Positions 25,721-37,680 of a DNA stretch of 64,000 nt are shown one piece after another. The translations under genes were made by a program, and so were the position numbers. The notes beneath the pieces were generated by a model. It saw only the letters and a program-made list of their open reading frames with translations. It made no database searches and was not told the DNA's origin. The stretch comes from Octopus sinensis (Eukaryota), in NCBI RefSeq assembly GCF_006345805.1, contig NC_042997.1, positions 115,258,001 through 115,322,000 of the forward strand, read 5' to 3'. Position 1 is the first letter of the stretch, and each line of letters opens with the position of its first letter.

Positions 25721-26548
25721 GTATGTATATATGTATATATATATATATATGTATATATGTATATATATATATATGTATGTATATATGTATATATATATAT
25801 ATATGTATATATGTATATATATATATATGTATGTATATATGTATATATATATATATATGTATGTATATATGTATATATATATATGTATGTATATATGTAT
25901 ATATATATATGTATGTATATATGTATATATATATATATGTATGTATATATGTATATATATATATATGTATGTATATATGTATATATATATATATGTATGT
26001 ATATATGTTATATATATATATGTATGTATATATGTATATATATATATGTATGTATATATGTATATATATATATATATGTATGTATATATGTATATATATA
26101 TATTGTATGTATATATGTATATATATATATATATGTATGTATATATGTATATATATATATGTATGTATATATGTATATATATAATATATATGTATGTATA
26201 TATGTATATATATATATATATGTATGTATATATGTATATATATATGTATGTATATATGTATATATATATGTATGTATATATGTATATATATATATATGTA
26301 TGTATATATGTATATATATATATATGTATGTATATATGTATATATATATATGTATGTATATATGTATATATATATATATGTATGTATATATGTATATATA
26401 TATATGTATGTATATATGTATATATATGTATGTATATATGTATATATATATATATGTATGTATATATGTATATATATGTATGTATATATGTATATATATA
26501 TATGTATGTATATATATATATATATGTATGTATATATATATATGTATG

Positions 26549-26584
<36 letters not shown>

Positions 26585-26632
26585 TATGTATGTATATATA
26601 TATATGTATGTATGTATATATATATATGTATG

Positions 26633-26665
<33 letters not shown>

Positions 26666-26720
26666 GTATATATATATGTATGTATATATATATATATGTA
26701 TGTATATATATATATGTATG

Positions 26721-26789
<69 letters not shown>

Positions 26790-26840
26790 TATATGTATGT
26801 ATATATGTATATATATATATATATTATATATATATATATC
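23929..26840. repeat. ~2.9-kb (TA)/(ATATGT) compound microsatellite
   Basis: Continuous low-complexity TA/TG sequence interrupted only by the family C element at 24316-24722. Confidence 0.97.
24316..24722 (-). mobile_element. Family C retroposon inside a large TA/TATG microsatellite
   Basis: (ATC)n..tttaacgtccgttctccatgctagc body flanked on both sides by TA-rich repeats. Confidence 0.85.
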
Positions 26841-26866
26841 ATCAACAGATGATGGATAAATGTCAA

Positions 26867-26953
26867 CTCATTACAGCTGTTTCTTACGCGTCTTTTAATA
26901 GAAGAATGAGTACATTACATCACTTAAAAAAAACCCCGTAATCATCAGATGAA
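26867..26953 (-). ncRNA. Type-I hammerhead ribozyme motif with intact core (palindromic stem III)
   Basis: Minus strand: TTCAT-CTGATGA-TTACG...CGTAA-GAAA-CAGCTG-TA-ATGAG; stem I TTCAT/ATGAG, stem II TTACG/CGTAA, palindromic ACAGCTGT stem III, GUA cleavage triplet. Confidence 0.7.
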
Positions 26954-27307
26954 GGCTAATTTTACAAACAAAAGAATATCCAAAGAATACAGCAGGGACA
27001 TGGCTGAAGTCTGTCGAGGCCAAACAATGGTAGAATGACATTCCCTCTGATGATTACAGTTTTTGTAATGGAGTAATGTTCTTCATTGTTGCAGGGACAA
27101 ACACAGACACACAAACATATACACACACATACATATATGTATACATATATACGACAGGCTTCTTTCAGTTTGCGTCTACCAAATCCACTCACAAGGCTTT
27201 GGTCGACCTGAGGCTATAGTAGAAGACACTTGCCCATGGTTTCATGCAGTGGGAATGAACCCGGAACCACGTGGTTGGTAACCAAGCTACTTACCACACA
27301 GCCACTC

Positions 27308-27355
<48 letters not shown>

Positions 27356-28854
27356 TTGTCCCCCCCACCATCACTTGACAACTGATGTTGGTGTGTTTAC
27401 GTCCCCTGTAGCTTAGCAGTTTGGCAATAGAGACCGATGGAATAAGTACTAGGCATACAAAGAATAAGTCCTGGGGTTGGTTTGTTTGACCAAAAGTGGT
27501 GCTCTAGCATGGCCGCAGTCAAATGACTGAAACAAGTAAAAAGATAAAAGAATAAAAAAAAAAATCATATCCAGTCGTCATGCTTTTTTTATTGAAAGGA
27601 CAGAGTAGATATTATTTTACTTGGAAAGGGGTGAGGTTTAAAGAGAGGAAAAGAGCAGCTGAACATACAAAACCTGTTTTAATGGGTTTTGTCTGATCCA
27701 TGCAGGCACAGTGGATGTTAAAATGATGATTCTGTCCAACTCTACTCTGTAATGACTGCAGCTTTGCTACTCTTTCAATGACATGTGGCACTGACATTGT
27801 TGTTTGGTAAGATGAACGGTAACATTGGCACGGGTAAAAATGGCACAATCGAAAAATAGGGAGAAAATAGGTGCAATAAACTTATTGAAATATACACCAT
27901 TGGCAAAAGAAGTAGAATAAATTTTTTCATGTGTGTATACTCTTTTACTTGTTTCAGTCATTTGACTGTGGCCATGCTGGAGCACTGCCTTTAGTCGAGC
28001 AAATCGCCACCAGGGCTTATTCTTTGTAAGTCTATTACTTATTTTATCAGTTTCTTTTGCCGAACCACCAAGTTGCAGAGATGTAAACACAGCAGCATCG
28101 GTTGTCAAGCGATGTTGGGGGGACAAATACACACACATACATATCATCATCATCATCATTTAATGTCTGCTTTCCATGTTAGCATGGGTTGGACAATTTG
28201 ACTGAGGACTGGTGAACCAGATGGCTGCACCAGGCTCCAATCTGATCTGGCAGAGTTTCTACAGCTGGATGCCCTTCCTAATGCCAACCACTCCGAGAGT
28301 GAAGTGGGTGCTTTTACATGCCACCAGCACGAGGGCTAGTCAGACGGCACTGGCATTGGTCACACTCAAATGGTGCTTTTTACGTGCCACCTGCACAGAA
28401 GCCAGTCTGGCGGCACATTCAAAATTAATTGAGAAAAAATTCAGTGTATGTATTTCAATAGATATGCCAGAGTAGCCAACTGGCTTCCGTGCCAGTGGCA
28501 CGTAAAAGGGCATGACTCGAGCTTGATCGTTACCAATGTCGCCTTACTGGCACCTGTGCCGGTGGCATGTGTAAAAAGATTCGAGTAAGGTCGTTGCCAG
28601 TACCGCCTGAATGGCCCCTGTGCCAGTGGCACTGGTTGTTGCCAGTACCACCTGACTGGGCCTCATGCTGGTGGCATGTAAAAACCACCCACTACACTCT
28701 CGAAGTGGTTGGCGTTAAGAAGAGCGTCCAGCTGTAGAAACTCTGCCAAATCAAGATTGGAGCCTTGTGCAGCCATCAGGTTCGCCAGCTCTCAGTCAAA
28801 ATCATCCAACCCATACTAGCATGGAAAGCGGACGTTAAACAATGATGATGATGA

Positions 28855-28893
<39 letters not shown>

Positions 28894-29569
28894 TGCTCTT
28901 AAGGAACATTTGGCTGCTATTTCTAGCCAGTGGCGTGCTTATTTACCAATTGTCCCCTCTGGCTGAAGTTTGATTGTCCCACTAAAACATCTGCACTGAG
29001 CTGTCATCTATATCTTCTCTAGTGATGACAACATCATTATTATTATTGTTAATGTTATTATAAGCTGGGTGGACACTTATCAGTATTTTAGTTTTATTTA
29101 AGTGACATGAGGGTGCTAGAAGGTGGGGTGAGAGGGTCCCCCCCCCCCGCCCAACTCGAGGAACAGGGAGCTATGCCTCTGCATCAATACATACATATAT
29201 AGACACATACATACATGCATACAAATGCATATACATACATACGGAGACACACAGATATTTATAGACTTATATACACTTTGGATAAAAATGATGTAATAGG
29301 AAGAATTATTTTGGCATTTCCATTAGCAGACACTAATGAGTATTATGTTTATTAGTGTGGCTTTTGACCCCTTTACTGTTATCTTAGCTGTGGAGATCCC
29401 ACTTTCTCCTCCTGTCACTTTTCCTATCATTACCCTAGTTTAGTGTTGCTGTCAGGTTCAATCCCACTGCAATGCATCTTGTGTTAGGGTCTTCTGCTTA
29501 TAGCTAGCTCTAAGTAGACCAAAGCCTTGTGAGTGGATTTGGTAGACGGGAACTGAAAGAAGCTTCTAC

Positions 29570-29713
29570 AGTTCTATATTTGAGAGATGAGGAATTATGT
29601 ACATTATTTACATTTGACGGATATTTGTCCTCATCTCGTTTGTTGTTAATACTTTCGGCTGATATACCCTCCAGCCTTCTTCAAGTGTCTTGGGGAAATT
29701 TCAAACCTGGGTT
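29570..29713 (-). mobile_element. Penelope-like pseudo-LTR fragment
   Basis: Reverse complement of the same pLTR (gttctatatttgagagatgaggaatt...cagccttcttcaagtgtc). Confidence 0.8.
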
Positions 29714-29941
29714 CTATATATATATATATATACAAAATAAGGAAATGGAGAAATACATCTTAATCAATAATCAACTACCAGATAATACCCAATCACATAA
29801 TTTATTAAACCACTACATATGAACATTAAGGTCAAACATAATAATATAGAACAAAACAATGTACATCAATGAGTAATAAGATACAATAAGTACAGTATGT
29901 ATAAGTGAATATAAATAAATACAAATATAAATATAAACTAC

Positions 29942-30068
29942 ATCTTACAGCTGTTTCAGTCATGCAGATATAGGTGCCTCATTATGCTCATATTAGCCAT
30001 GTGTGATAGGTTAATATGTAGTTATAAATGAGACACTTACAGAAATATCCCAAGGCCTCTTCAGAGAT
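29942..30068 (-). ncRNA. Degenerate type-I hammerhead-like motif
   Basis: Minus strand: ATCT-CTGAAGA-GGCC...GACT-GAAA-CAGCTG-TA-AGAT; same stem III as 26867-26953, but a weak stem II enclosing ~100 nt. Confidence 0.45.
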
Positions 30069-30669
30069 TATGAAGAACAAACTAAATTAGATGTGAAAAT
30101 CAGAGGAGGTACACCCATACAAGAGTGGGTATATACCCATAATATATAATATACACGTACATATGAGTGCATATACCCATACTCCTATACATATATATAT
30201 ATACACATATATAATAATAATACACAGCAATATATATACATATGTTCTATATTCAAGGTTACAGTTGGTCAAAACAATATATTAGAATATTACAATATAG
30301 AAACATATACATATCTATATTCAAATGCAGATATACAAAGTTAAGAGTTCATTATATTAAGTTACAAAATGCCATTAATATTACCATCATTACTATTACC
30401 ATTGCCACTATTGCTCAATTTGTATATATATATATATATATATATATGTTTGTGTCCCCCTCCAACGTCGCTTGACAACTGATGCTGGTGTGTTTACGTC
30501 CCTGTAACTTAGTGGTTCAGCAAAAGAGACCGATAGAATAAGTACTAGGCTTACAAAGAATAAGTCAACTAAAGGTGGTGCTCTAGCATGGCTGCAGTCA
30601 AATGATTGAAACAAGTAACAGAGTAAAAGAGAGAGTGAGAGTAAAGAAGATCAAAAGCAGTGGTGGGAC

Positions 30670-31103
30670 ATACTCTACGGAGAGCTTGCTAGGGGCACTA
30701 GGTCTGTAGGAAGACCGTTCTTACGATACAAGGCTGTTTGCAAAAGGGACATGAAGGCCTGCAACATCAATATTAGCAACTGGGAAGCAGTTGCCAGCAA
30801 CCGTGGAGCTTGGCGACATACTGTAGAAGAGGGAACACAAAAGAGTGCCAGACGGAGAGAGGATAAATGGAAAAACAAGAAAAGACGTCAACAAGAAACT
30901 ATGACATTACAACCAGCCAGGCAAAGTCTTCGCTACATTTGCGGCACCTGCCAGAGGGAGCGTTTGTCCAGGATAGGACTACACAGCCACAGCAGGAGAT
31001 GTATTAGGACATGAAATGTAAAAGCTGGACTAGATTATTTTATGCGCAACTCCATTGTCTCCCAAGACAAAAAGGATGCCAACAACAATTATTATTATTA
31101 TTA
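30670..31103 (+). mobile_element. RTE (BovB-like) LINE 3' fragment
   Basis: LYGELARGTRSVGRPFLRYKAVCKRDMKACNI..WE..A.NR..WR...CGTCQRERLSRIGLHSHSRRC (RTE C-terminus with CCHC-like knuckle), then GGATGCCAACAACAA and an (ATT)n tail. Confidence 0.88.
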
Positions 31104-31470
31104 TTGGAGAGTGTCATAGTTTGCTTGAAGCATTGTGTATTGTTTGTAAAGAATAACATGTTTTGAATGGTACAACAATGCACTGTAATACAAACAATGG
31201 GCTATATACCTGTTGTAATTTTGTCATCCATAGTGTGATAATCGATTTTCCAATGGCTTGTTGGAAAACCGATTATAGCAGCGACTCCATCAATTCCTTG
31301 GGATATCTGAAAAAGGAATTTTATTCCGAAATATCATCAGACTATGGATGGTTAAATTACAACAGGTATATAACCCATTGTTTGTATTATAGTACATTGT
31401 TATACCATTCAAAACATTTTATTTATTCATTATTATTATTATTATTGTTATTATTTCTTCTTCTTTTCAG

Positions 31471-31596
31471 CCTCCCTTACCGTATGGTGTTTGCTGTGGC
31501 CACAGAAGACTCAGTTTTGATATACGACACCCAACAGTCTTCTCCATTTGCTTTGGTCAAAAACATCCATTATCACCAACTCAGTGACTTGACTTG
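31471..31596 (+). CDS. CHAF1B: CHAF1B coding exon 10
   Basis: cttttcag|C CTC..., [41 protein letters not shown](W), a highly conserved p60 block; donor TG|GTAATT, phase 2. Confidence 0.97.
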
Positions 31597-33184
31597 GTAA
31601 TTATTTAACTGACTTTTAATTAATCTATTTTCACTTTTTGAATTAATTTTCACCTTCTTTGAATAGATGACATTGTTGTTAGTTTAGCCCCAGGTCAGCT
31701 CTGAACGAGCAACTTCATCATCATCATTTCATGTCTGCTTTCCATGCTGGCATGGGTTGGACGGTTTGACAAGGGCTGACCAGGCTCCCTGTCTGTTTTG
31801 GCATGGTTTCTATGGCTGGATGCCCTTCCTAACACCAACCCCTTTAAAGAGTGTGCTGAGTGCCCTTAAGCACTACTGGCACGAGTGCTTTTATGTGGCA
31901 CCAGCAACCACGAGCCTGCAAGATTAGGAACACTCAGCCAAAGAGGGATGCAGGGGATAGGCCTGTATACAAGGACAACTATGATTTTCCTCTTTTTTGT
32001 GTTCCAACAGTGACCATCCCTTTCTAAAAGTATGTAAGACTACATTATCTCATGTGTTCTTTGACTACTATTTCTAGCAGACGAACGACCATGTAGAGCA
32101 AGTGGTTCTTACACATTCTTTATCTATGTTCACCTTTAGTTAATATTTTATTCTGGTGCTTCCCCCCCGTCCCCCCAGATTGTTTAAAAACTAGTTTTAT
32201 AGGTGCTTTTCAAAATTCTTATTTTGTTATTCAACAGGCACAACAGTGGCTGTGTGGTAAGAAACTTGCCTCCCAGCGACATAGTTCTGGGTTCAGCCCT
32301 ACTGTGTGGCACCTTGGGCAAGTGTCTTCTGTTACAGTCTTGGGCCGACCAAAACCTTGTGAGTGGATTTGGTTGATGGAAACTGCAAAAAGCCCAACGT
32401 GTGTGTATTTTAGAAAATTACTGTTTTTAAATCTCACAGTGTGAGATATTTAGCAACAGTACTTTGTAGTAAAGATTGTTTGCCAATATATATATATATA
32501 TATATATATACATGTGTGTGTATGTATATATGTGTGTGTGTGTATATATATATTTTGAGATCCCCTTTGGTCATGACTGACCATGGGATTGCACCTAGAA
32601 AGTTACCCTCCCAGGCACAAGTCCAGGCAAGGTTGTTTATGGACGACCAGCAGTTGCCCACGCATACCGTGTGTGTGTGTGTGTTAAGGCACTTGGCTCA
32701 GTCGTTAGGTGTGCTGTAGTCACCATCACTAGATTGTGATTTCAATTCCCAAACTGGCTGTGTATTGTGTTCTTGAGCAAGACACTTCATTTAACGTTAC
32801 TCCAGTCCACTCAACTGTAAGTGGGTTACCCCTATGACTGGATGGCCTTCTTTTCAGGGAGCAATGTTGGCCTGCACCCCTAACCAGCAGGGTGGCATCA
32901 TTTGAACACTAAAAAAAACACACAGCTCATTGTGACCAGTGATGTATGATAATATCTGACAGGTTGATCACATGATACACACACACACACACACACACAC
33001 ACAGCAGCTGCTTTCAGTTTCTGTCTGGCTTTGGTTGGCCTGAGGCTTATTGTAGGAAATACTTGCCCAAGGTGTCACACAGTGAGATTGAACCCAGAAC
33101 CATTTGGGTGGGAAACAAACTTCTTACCACACAGCTACTCTTACCACATATACACACATACACCGCTATGTATATATCTATCTG

Positions 33185-33387
33185 TTACTTGTTTCAGTCA
33201 TTTGCCTGTGGCCATGCTGGAGCACCGCCTTTAGTCGAGCAAATCGACCCCAGGACTTATTCTTTGTAAGCCTAGTACTTATTCTATCGGTCTCTTTTGC
33301 CGAACCGCTAAGTTACGGGGATGTAAACACACCAGCATCGGTTGTCAAGTGATGTTGGGGGGGACAAACACAGACACACGAACGTAT

Positions 33388-33421
<34 letters not shown>

Positions 33422-33546
33422 TCGCCGTGTCAGGCCGAAAAACGAAATGTTCCCAAGATAAGAAAATCTTTCTAATCTAATTCATCCCGTAATCTGTACC
33501 AGTAATATTCTCATGCAAATTTGTCTGATCTCTAGTGGTTAAGCTG

Positions 33547-33577
<31 letters not shown>

Positions 33578-34577
33578 GTATTATCCCTTTGATCCCCAGT
33601 CGACAATTTGTTTATTAGTATTATTATTATTATTTTCAGTTTCGCCTCGTATTGCATATTCTGTATAATTTATTAGTTATTGTTGACCATCGGTTTCCGG
33701 CCTCGTGTTTTGCTAAATACAGAATAGATATTTTAGTTTCTCCATACAGGGGTTTTTCAATGGCGGCCGATTTTCGCGGGGTTCCACTATTCCCTTCTCT
33801 CTCTCTCTCTCCCTCTTTTACGTTGTCTGCCCTCCCCCCTCTTCCTTTCCCCCCTTCCATTGCTAAGAGCATTTTTAAGCCAGCCCGTCAAGTTCAACCT
33901 TCGCATATTCCCGGTGCACCCGCCCTTGCCCACCCCCACCACCAATACCGGATATCTCTATATTTTTGCTCCATCTATACCGGATGTCGCTTCTCCCACC
34001 ACCATTATAGGTGTCTACTCTTCGAACCCCCCTCTTCAATACGCTATTTCACCATGCATTACCCCTCTCGTGATATCCTACGTTCTACTTGTCTAGAACC
34101 TGTCATCGTTTCTCCGAACACCCCTCCCCACTGGTGCTCCCCTATATTTCTGCACCCTCCCCCCACATAAATGGCACCAACTGACCGTGGCCGATGCCAG
34201 ACCCCTCTGGCACCTGTGCAGGTGGCACGTAAAAAGCACCCACTACACTCGCGGAGTGGTTGGCGTTAGGAAGGGCATCCAGCTGTAGAAACACTGCCAG
34301 ACCAGACTGGAGCCTGGGGCAGCCCCTGGCTCCCCAGACCCCGGTCGAAACCGTCCAACCCGTGCTAGCGCGGAAAACGGACGTTAAATGATGATGATGA
34401 TATATACATATATACGACGGGCTTCTTTCAGTTTTCACCTACCAAATCCACTCACAAGGCTTTGGTCGGCCCAAGGCTGTAGTAAAAGACACTTGCCCAA
34501 GGTACCACACAGTGGGAATGAACCCAGAACCATGTGGTTGGGAGGCAAGCTACTTACCACACAGCCACTCCTACGCC
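33185..34577 (-). mobile_element. Family A SINE split by a ~980-bp compound insertion
   Basis: 3' half at 33185-33420 and 5' half at 34401-34577, interrupted at its internal (TA)n. Confidence 0.75.
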
Positions 34578-34908
34578 TAGGAGTGGCTGTGTGGCTCTAT
34601 GATATACAGATAGATATTAAAAACAAAGTCAATACATTTATACACCACTTGATTTACAGTATGAGTAGTTAATTTATTACATCCTTATTTACATTATTCA
34701 TGGTTGTACATGTCTACAATAATCTGGTGCCCTGTTTATTTAACTATAAGGTTTCCATTTCTCTATTTCACACACCTGAATTATTATTTTGACATATTGC
34801 TATCTGAATTCCTGTCTGTCTGTTTGTCTCATACTTGCACAGGTGTTGGAATATTTTTTCTGTGTATATATTTAGGTGTGTCCTGTTTGTTTTATTTAAC
34901 CCTGCTAG

Positions 34909-35266
34909 GTCAAGTGATGGTAATATCCTGGTGGTGTCCTCAACAGATGGTTTCTGTTCAATTGTCACTTTTGAGAAAGGTGAGATTGGGGAGCCCTACA
35001 TACCAGTGACTCATGTATGCTCATCTTCCTCCTCCTCACCTCTTGTCAACGGAAGGGACACGGCAGGGGACACTACAGAAGCGAAAGACCAACAAGACAC
35101 CTCCCACAATACAACCCCTGTCACTCCAGCATCAACTGATTCCAGCTCACCCATGGAGGTTGACGAAAAACAAACTGATGCCCTCCACAATGAAGATGCC
35201 TGTCATTTGAATAATGGATTCTCTTCGCCTAAATCTGTTCCCTCAACAGAAAAATTGAAAACCAAG
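34909..35266 (+). CDS. CHAF1B: CHAF1B coding exon 11
   Basis: cctgctag|G TCA..., SSDGNILVVSSTDGFCSIVTFEKGEIGEPY (last WD repeat) then an S/T-rich tail; donor AAG|GTAAAT, phase 0. Confidence 0.95.
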
Positions 35267-35617
35267 GTAAATTGTGCTTTTGGACAAATTTCTAGTAAAC
35301 ATCAGTTGGTTTGATAGAGAATTTTATGATTGTGAAAGGTAAATGAGGTCGTTCCAGAAAATATATTTTCTACAATAATGGATGGATTCAGCTTTTCTTT
35401 GCAGGTTTTGCTGTTTTCTTTTTCTGTTTGTAATCAAAAGGGTGGATAAACGTTAGCGTTATCTATTTTGGTGATACTTGGACAAGTGAAATAAGCTATT
35501 TTACGGCATCTAGAGCTAAATGTCTGGTTTGATCTTAAAGCAAGTAAAATATTTCGGCTGGGTATGACCTGTTCAAATTTCAAGCCTTGTGCCTATAGTA
35601 GACAGGATTATTTTCAG

Positions 35618-36020
35618 AAGGCGGCGAACTGGCAGAAACATTAGCATGCTGGGCGAAATGCTTAACGGTATTTCATCTGCTGCTACGTTCTGAGTTCAAA
35701 TTCCACTGATGCCGACTTTGCCTTTCATCCTTTTGGGGTCTATTAAATAAGTACCAGTTACCCACTGGGTTGATATAATTGACTTAATCCGTTTGTCTGT
35801 CCTTGTTTGTCCTCTCTGTGTTTAGCCCCTTGTGAATAATAAAGAAATAGGTATTTCGTGTGTCTTTACATTCCGAGTTCAAATTCTTTTGAGGTCGACT
35901 TTGTCTTTCATCCTTTCAGGGTCGCTAAGTTAACTACTAGTTGCTTACTTTGGTCAATCTAATCGACTGGTCCCCCACCTCCTCAAAAGTTTCGGGCCCT
36001 TTGACTATAGTAGAAAAGAA
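35618..36020 (+). mobile_element. Family B SINE
   Basis: Colinear with 56782-57199. Confidence 0.8.
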
Positions 36021-36469
36021 TGATGTCATTGTTTACTTTTAGAATGACATTGCAGGAAAGGCGTGAGAGACCAGATATAGCCTGTTTGAATATAAAACTT
36101 GCAGAATATATGAACCTGATATTGCTGGTTTAAATGCCAAAGGGGTTAATGCTTACTTTACTCCATAACACTCTACTGGGTTGTGTCATATAATGTGGCA
36201 CTTGTGGAATCGTCTTGAACAGTTTTGATTTCAAATTTTGTCAGTGTTGAGTTTCGTGTTTCTCTTTCACCAGGGGCTTATGGAAATCCATACCAGTAAT
36301 TTTAGTCAGAGTTTCCTTCATTTAAGCATGGAAAATGGGGGTGGGGGGTGGTGTCAAAGGATCCCTGTATCCTTTTTAAAGAAACTCCAAGTTTTGTTTA
36401 AACATTTGAAGATAGCTAAATTTTGAAGTAGTCTGTTTTTTCCAATTCAGTTTGTGGTTAGTTTTACTG

Positions 36470-37680
36470 GCAGGATTGCTTAGGTGTTGCCAGCAGGATT
36501 GCTAATGTGTTGTTAGCAGGATTACTAGGGTGTTACTGGCTGGATTGCTAGGATGTTTCTGGCAGGATTGCTTAGGTGTTGCTGACAGGATTGCTTGGGT
36601 GTTTCTGGCAGGGTTGTTTGGGTGTTGCCGGCAGGATTGCTTGAGTGTTGCCGGCAGGATTACTAGGATGTTCCTGGCAGGATTGCTTAGGTGTTGCTGA
36701 CAGGATTGCTTAGGTGTTGCTGTCAGGATTGCTTAGGTGTTTCTGGCAGGGTTGCTTGGGTGTTGCCAGTAGGATTGCTTGGGTGTTGCTGGCAGGATTA
36801 CTAGGATGTTCCTGGCTGGATTGCTTAGGTGTTTCTGGCAGGGTTGCTTGGGTGTTGCCAGCAGGATTGCTAAGGTGTTGTTAGCAGGATTACTAGGGTG
36901 TTACTGGCTGGATTGCTAGGATGTTCCTGGCAGGATTGCTTAGGTGTTGCTGACAGGATTGCTTGGGTGTTTCTGGCAGGGTTGTTTGGGTGTTGCCGGC
37001 AGGATTGCTTGAGTGTTGCCGACAGGATTACTAGGATGTTCCTGGCAGGATTGCTTAGGTGTTGCTGACAGGATTGCTTAGGTGTTGCTGTCAGGATTGC
37101 TAAGGTGTTTCTGGCAGGGTTGCTTGGGTGTTGCCAGTAGGATTGCTTGGGTGTTGCTGGCAGGATTACTAGGATGTTCCTGGCAGGATTGCTTAGGTGT
37201 TTCTGGCAGGGTTGCTTGGGTGTTGCCAGCAGGATTGCTAAGGTGTTGTTAGCAGGATTACTAGGGTGTTACTGGCTGGATTGCTAGGATGTTCCTGGCA
37301 GGATTGCTTAGGTGTTGCTGTCAGGATTGCTTGGGTGTTTCTGGAATGGTTGCTTGGGTTTTGCCAGCAGGATTGCTAAGGTGTTGTTAGCGGGATTACT
37401 AGGGTGTTACTGGCTGGATTGCTAGGATGTTCCTGGCAGGATTGCTTAGGTGTTGCTGTCAGGATTGCTTGGGTGTTGCCGGCAGGACTACTAGGATATT
37501 CCTGGCAGGATTGCTTAGGTGTTGGCAGGATTGCTAGGATATTACCAGCAGGATTGCTTATGTGTTGCCATCAGGATTGCTTAGGTGTTTCTAGCAGGAT
37601 TGCTTAGGTATTGCCGGCAGGATTGCTTAGGTGCTGTCAGGATTGCTTAGGATATTGTCAGAATTGCTATGATGTTGCTG
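36470..37680. repeat. 23-bp minisatellite, ~53 units, with a 368-bp (16-mer) higher-order repeat
   Basis: Consensus GCAGGATTGCTTAGGTGTTGCTG; the marker variant gcaggattgctaa(g/t)gtgttgtta recurs at 36493, 36861, 37229 and 37367. Confidence 0.95.

Noticed and set aside
30751-31014. Independent small zinc-finger gene in intron 9
   Set aside because: It is the C-terminus of an RTE LINE ORF, 5'-truncated and followed by the RTE 3' tail.
33636-34170. Protein-coding ORFs (172 aa, 78 aa) in the CpG-rich insert
   Set aside because: Low-complexity Pro/Ser/Leu translations from C/T-rich DNA, open in several frames, with no recognisable domain or splice structure.
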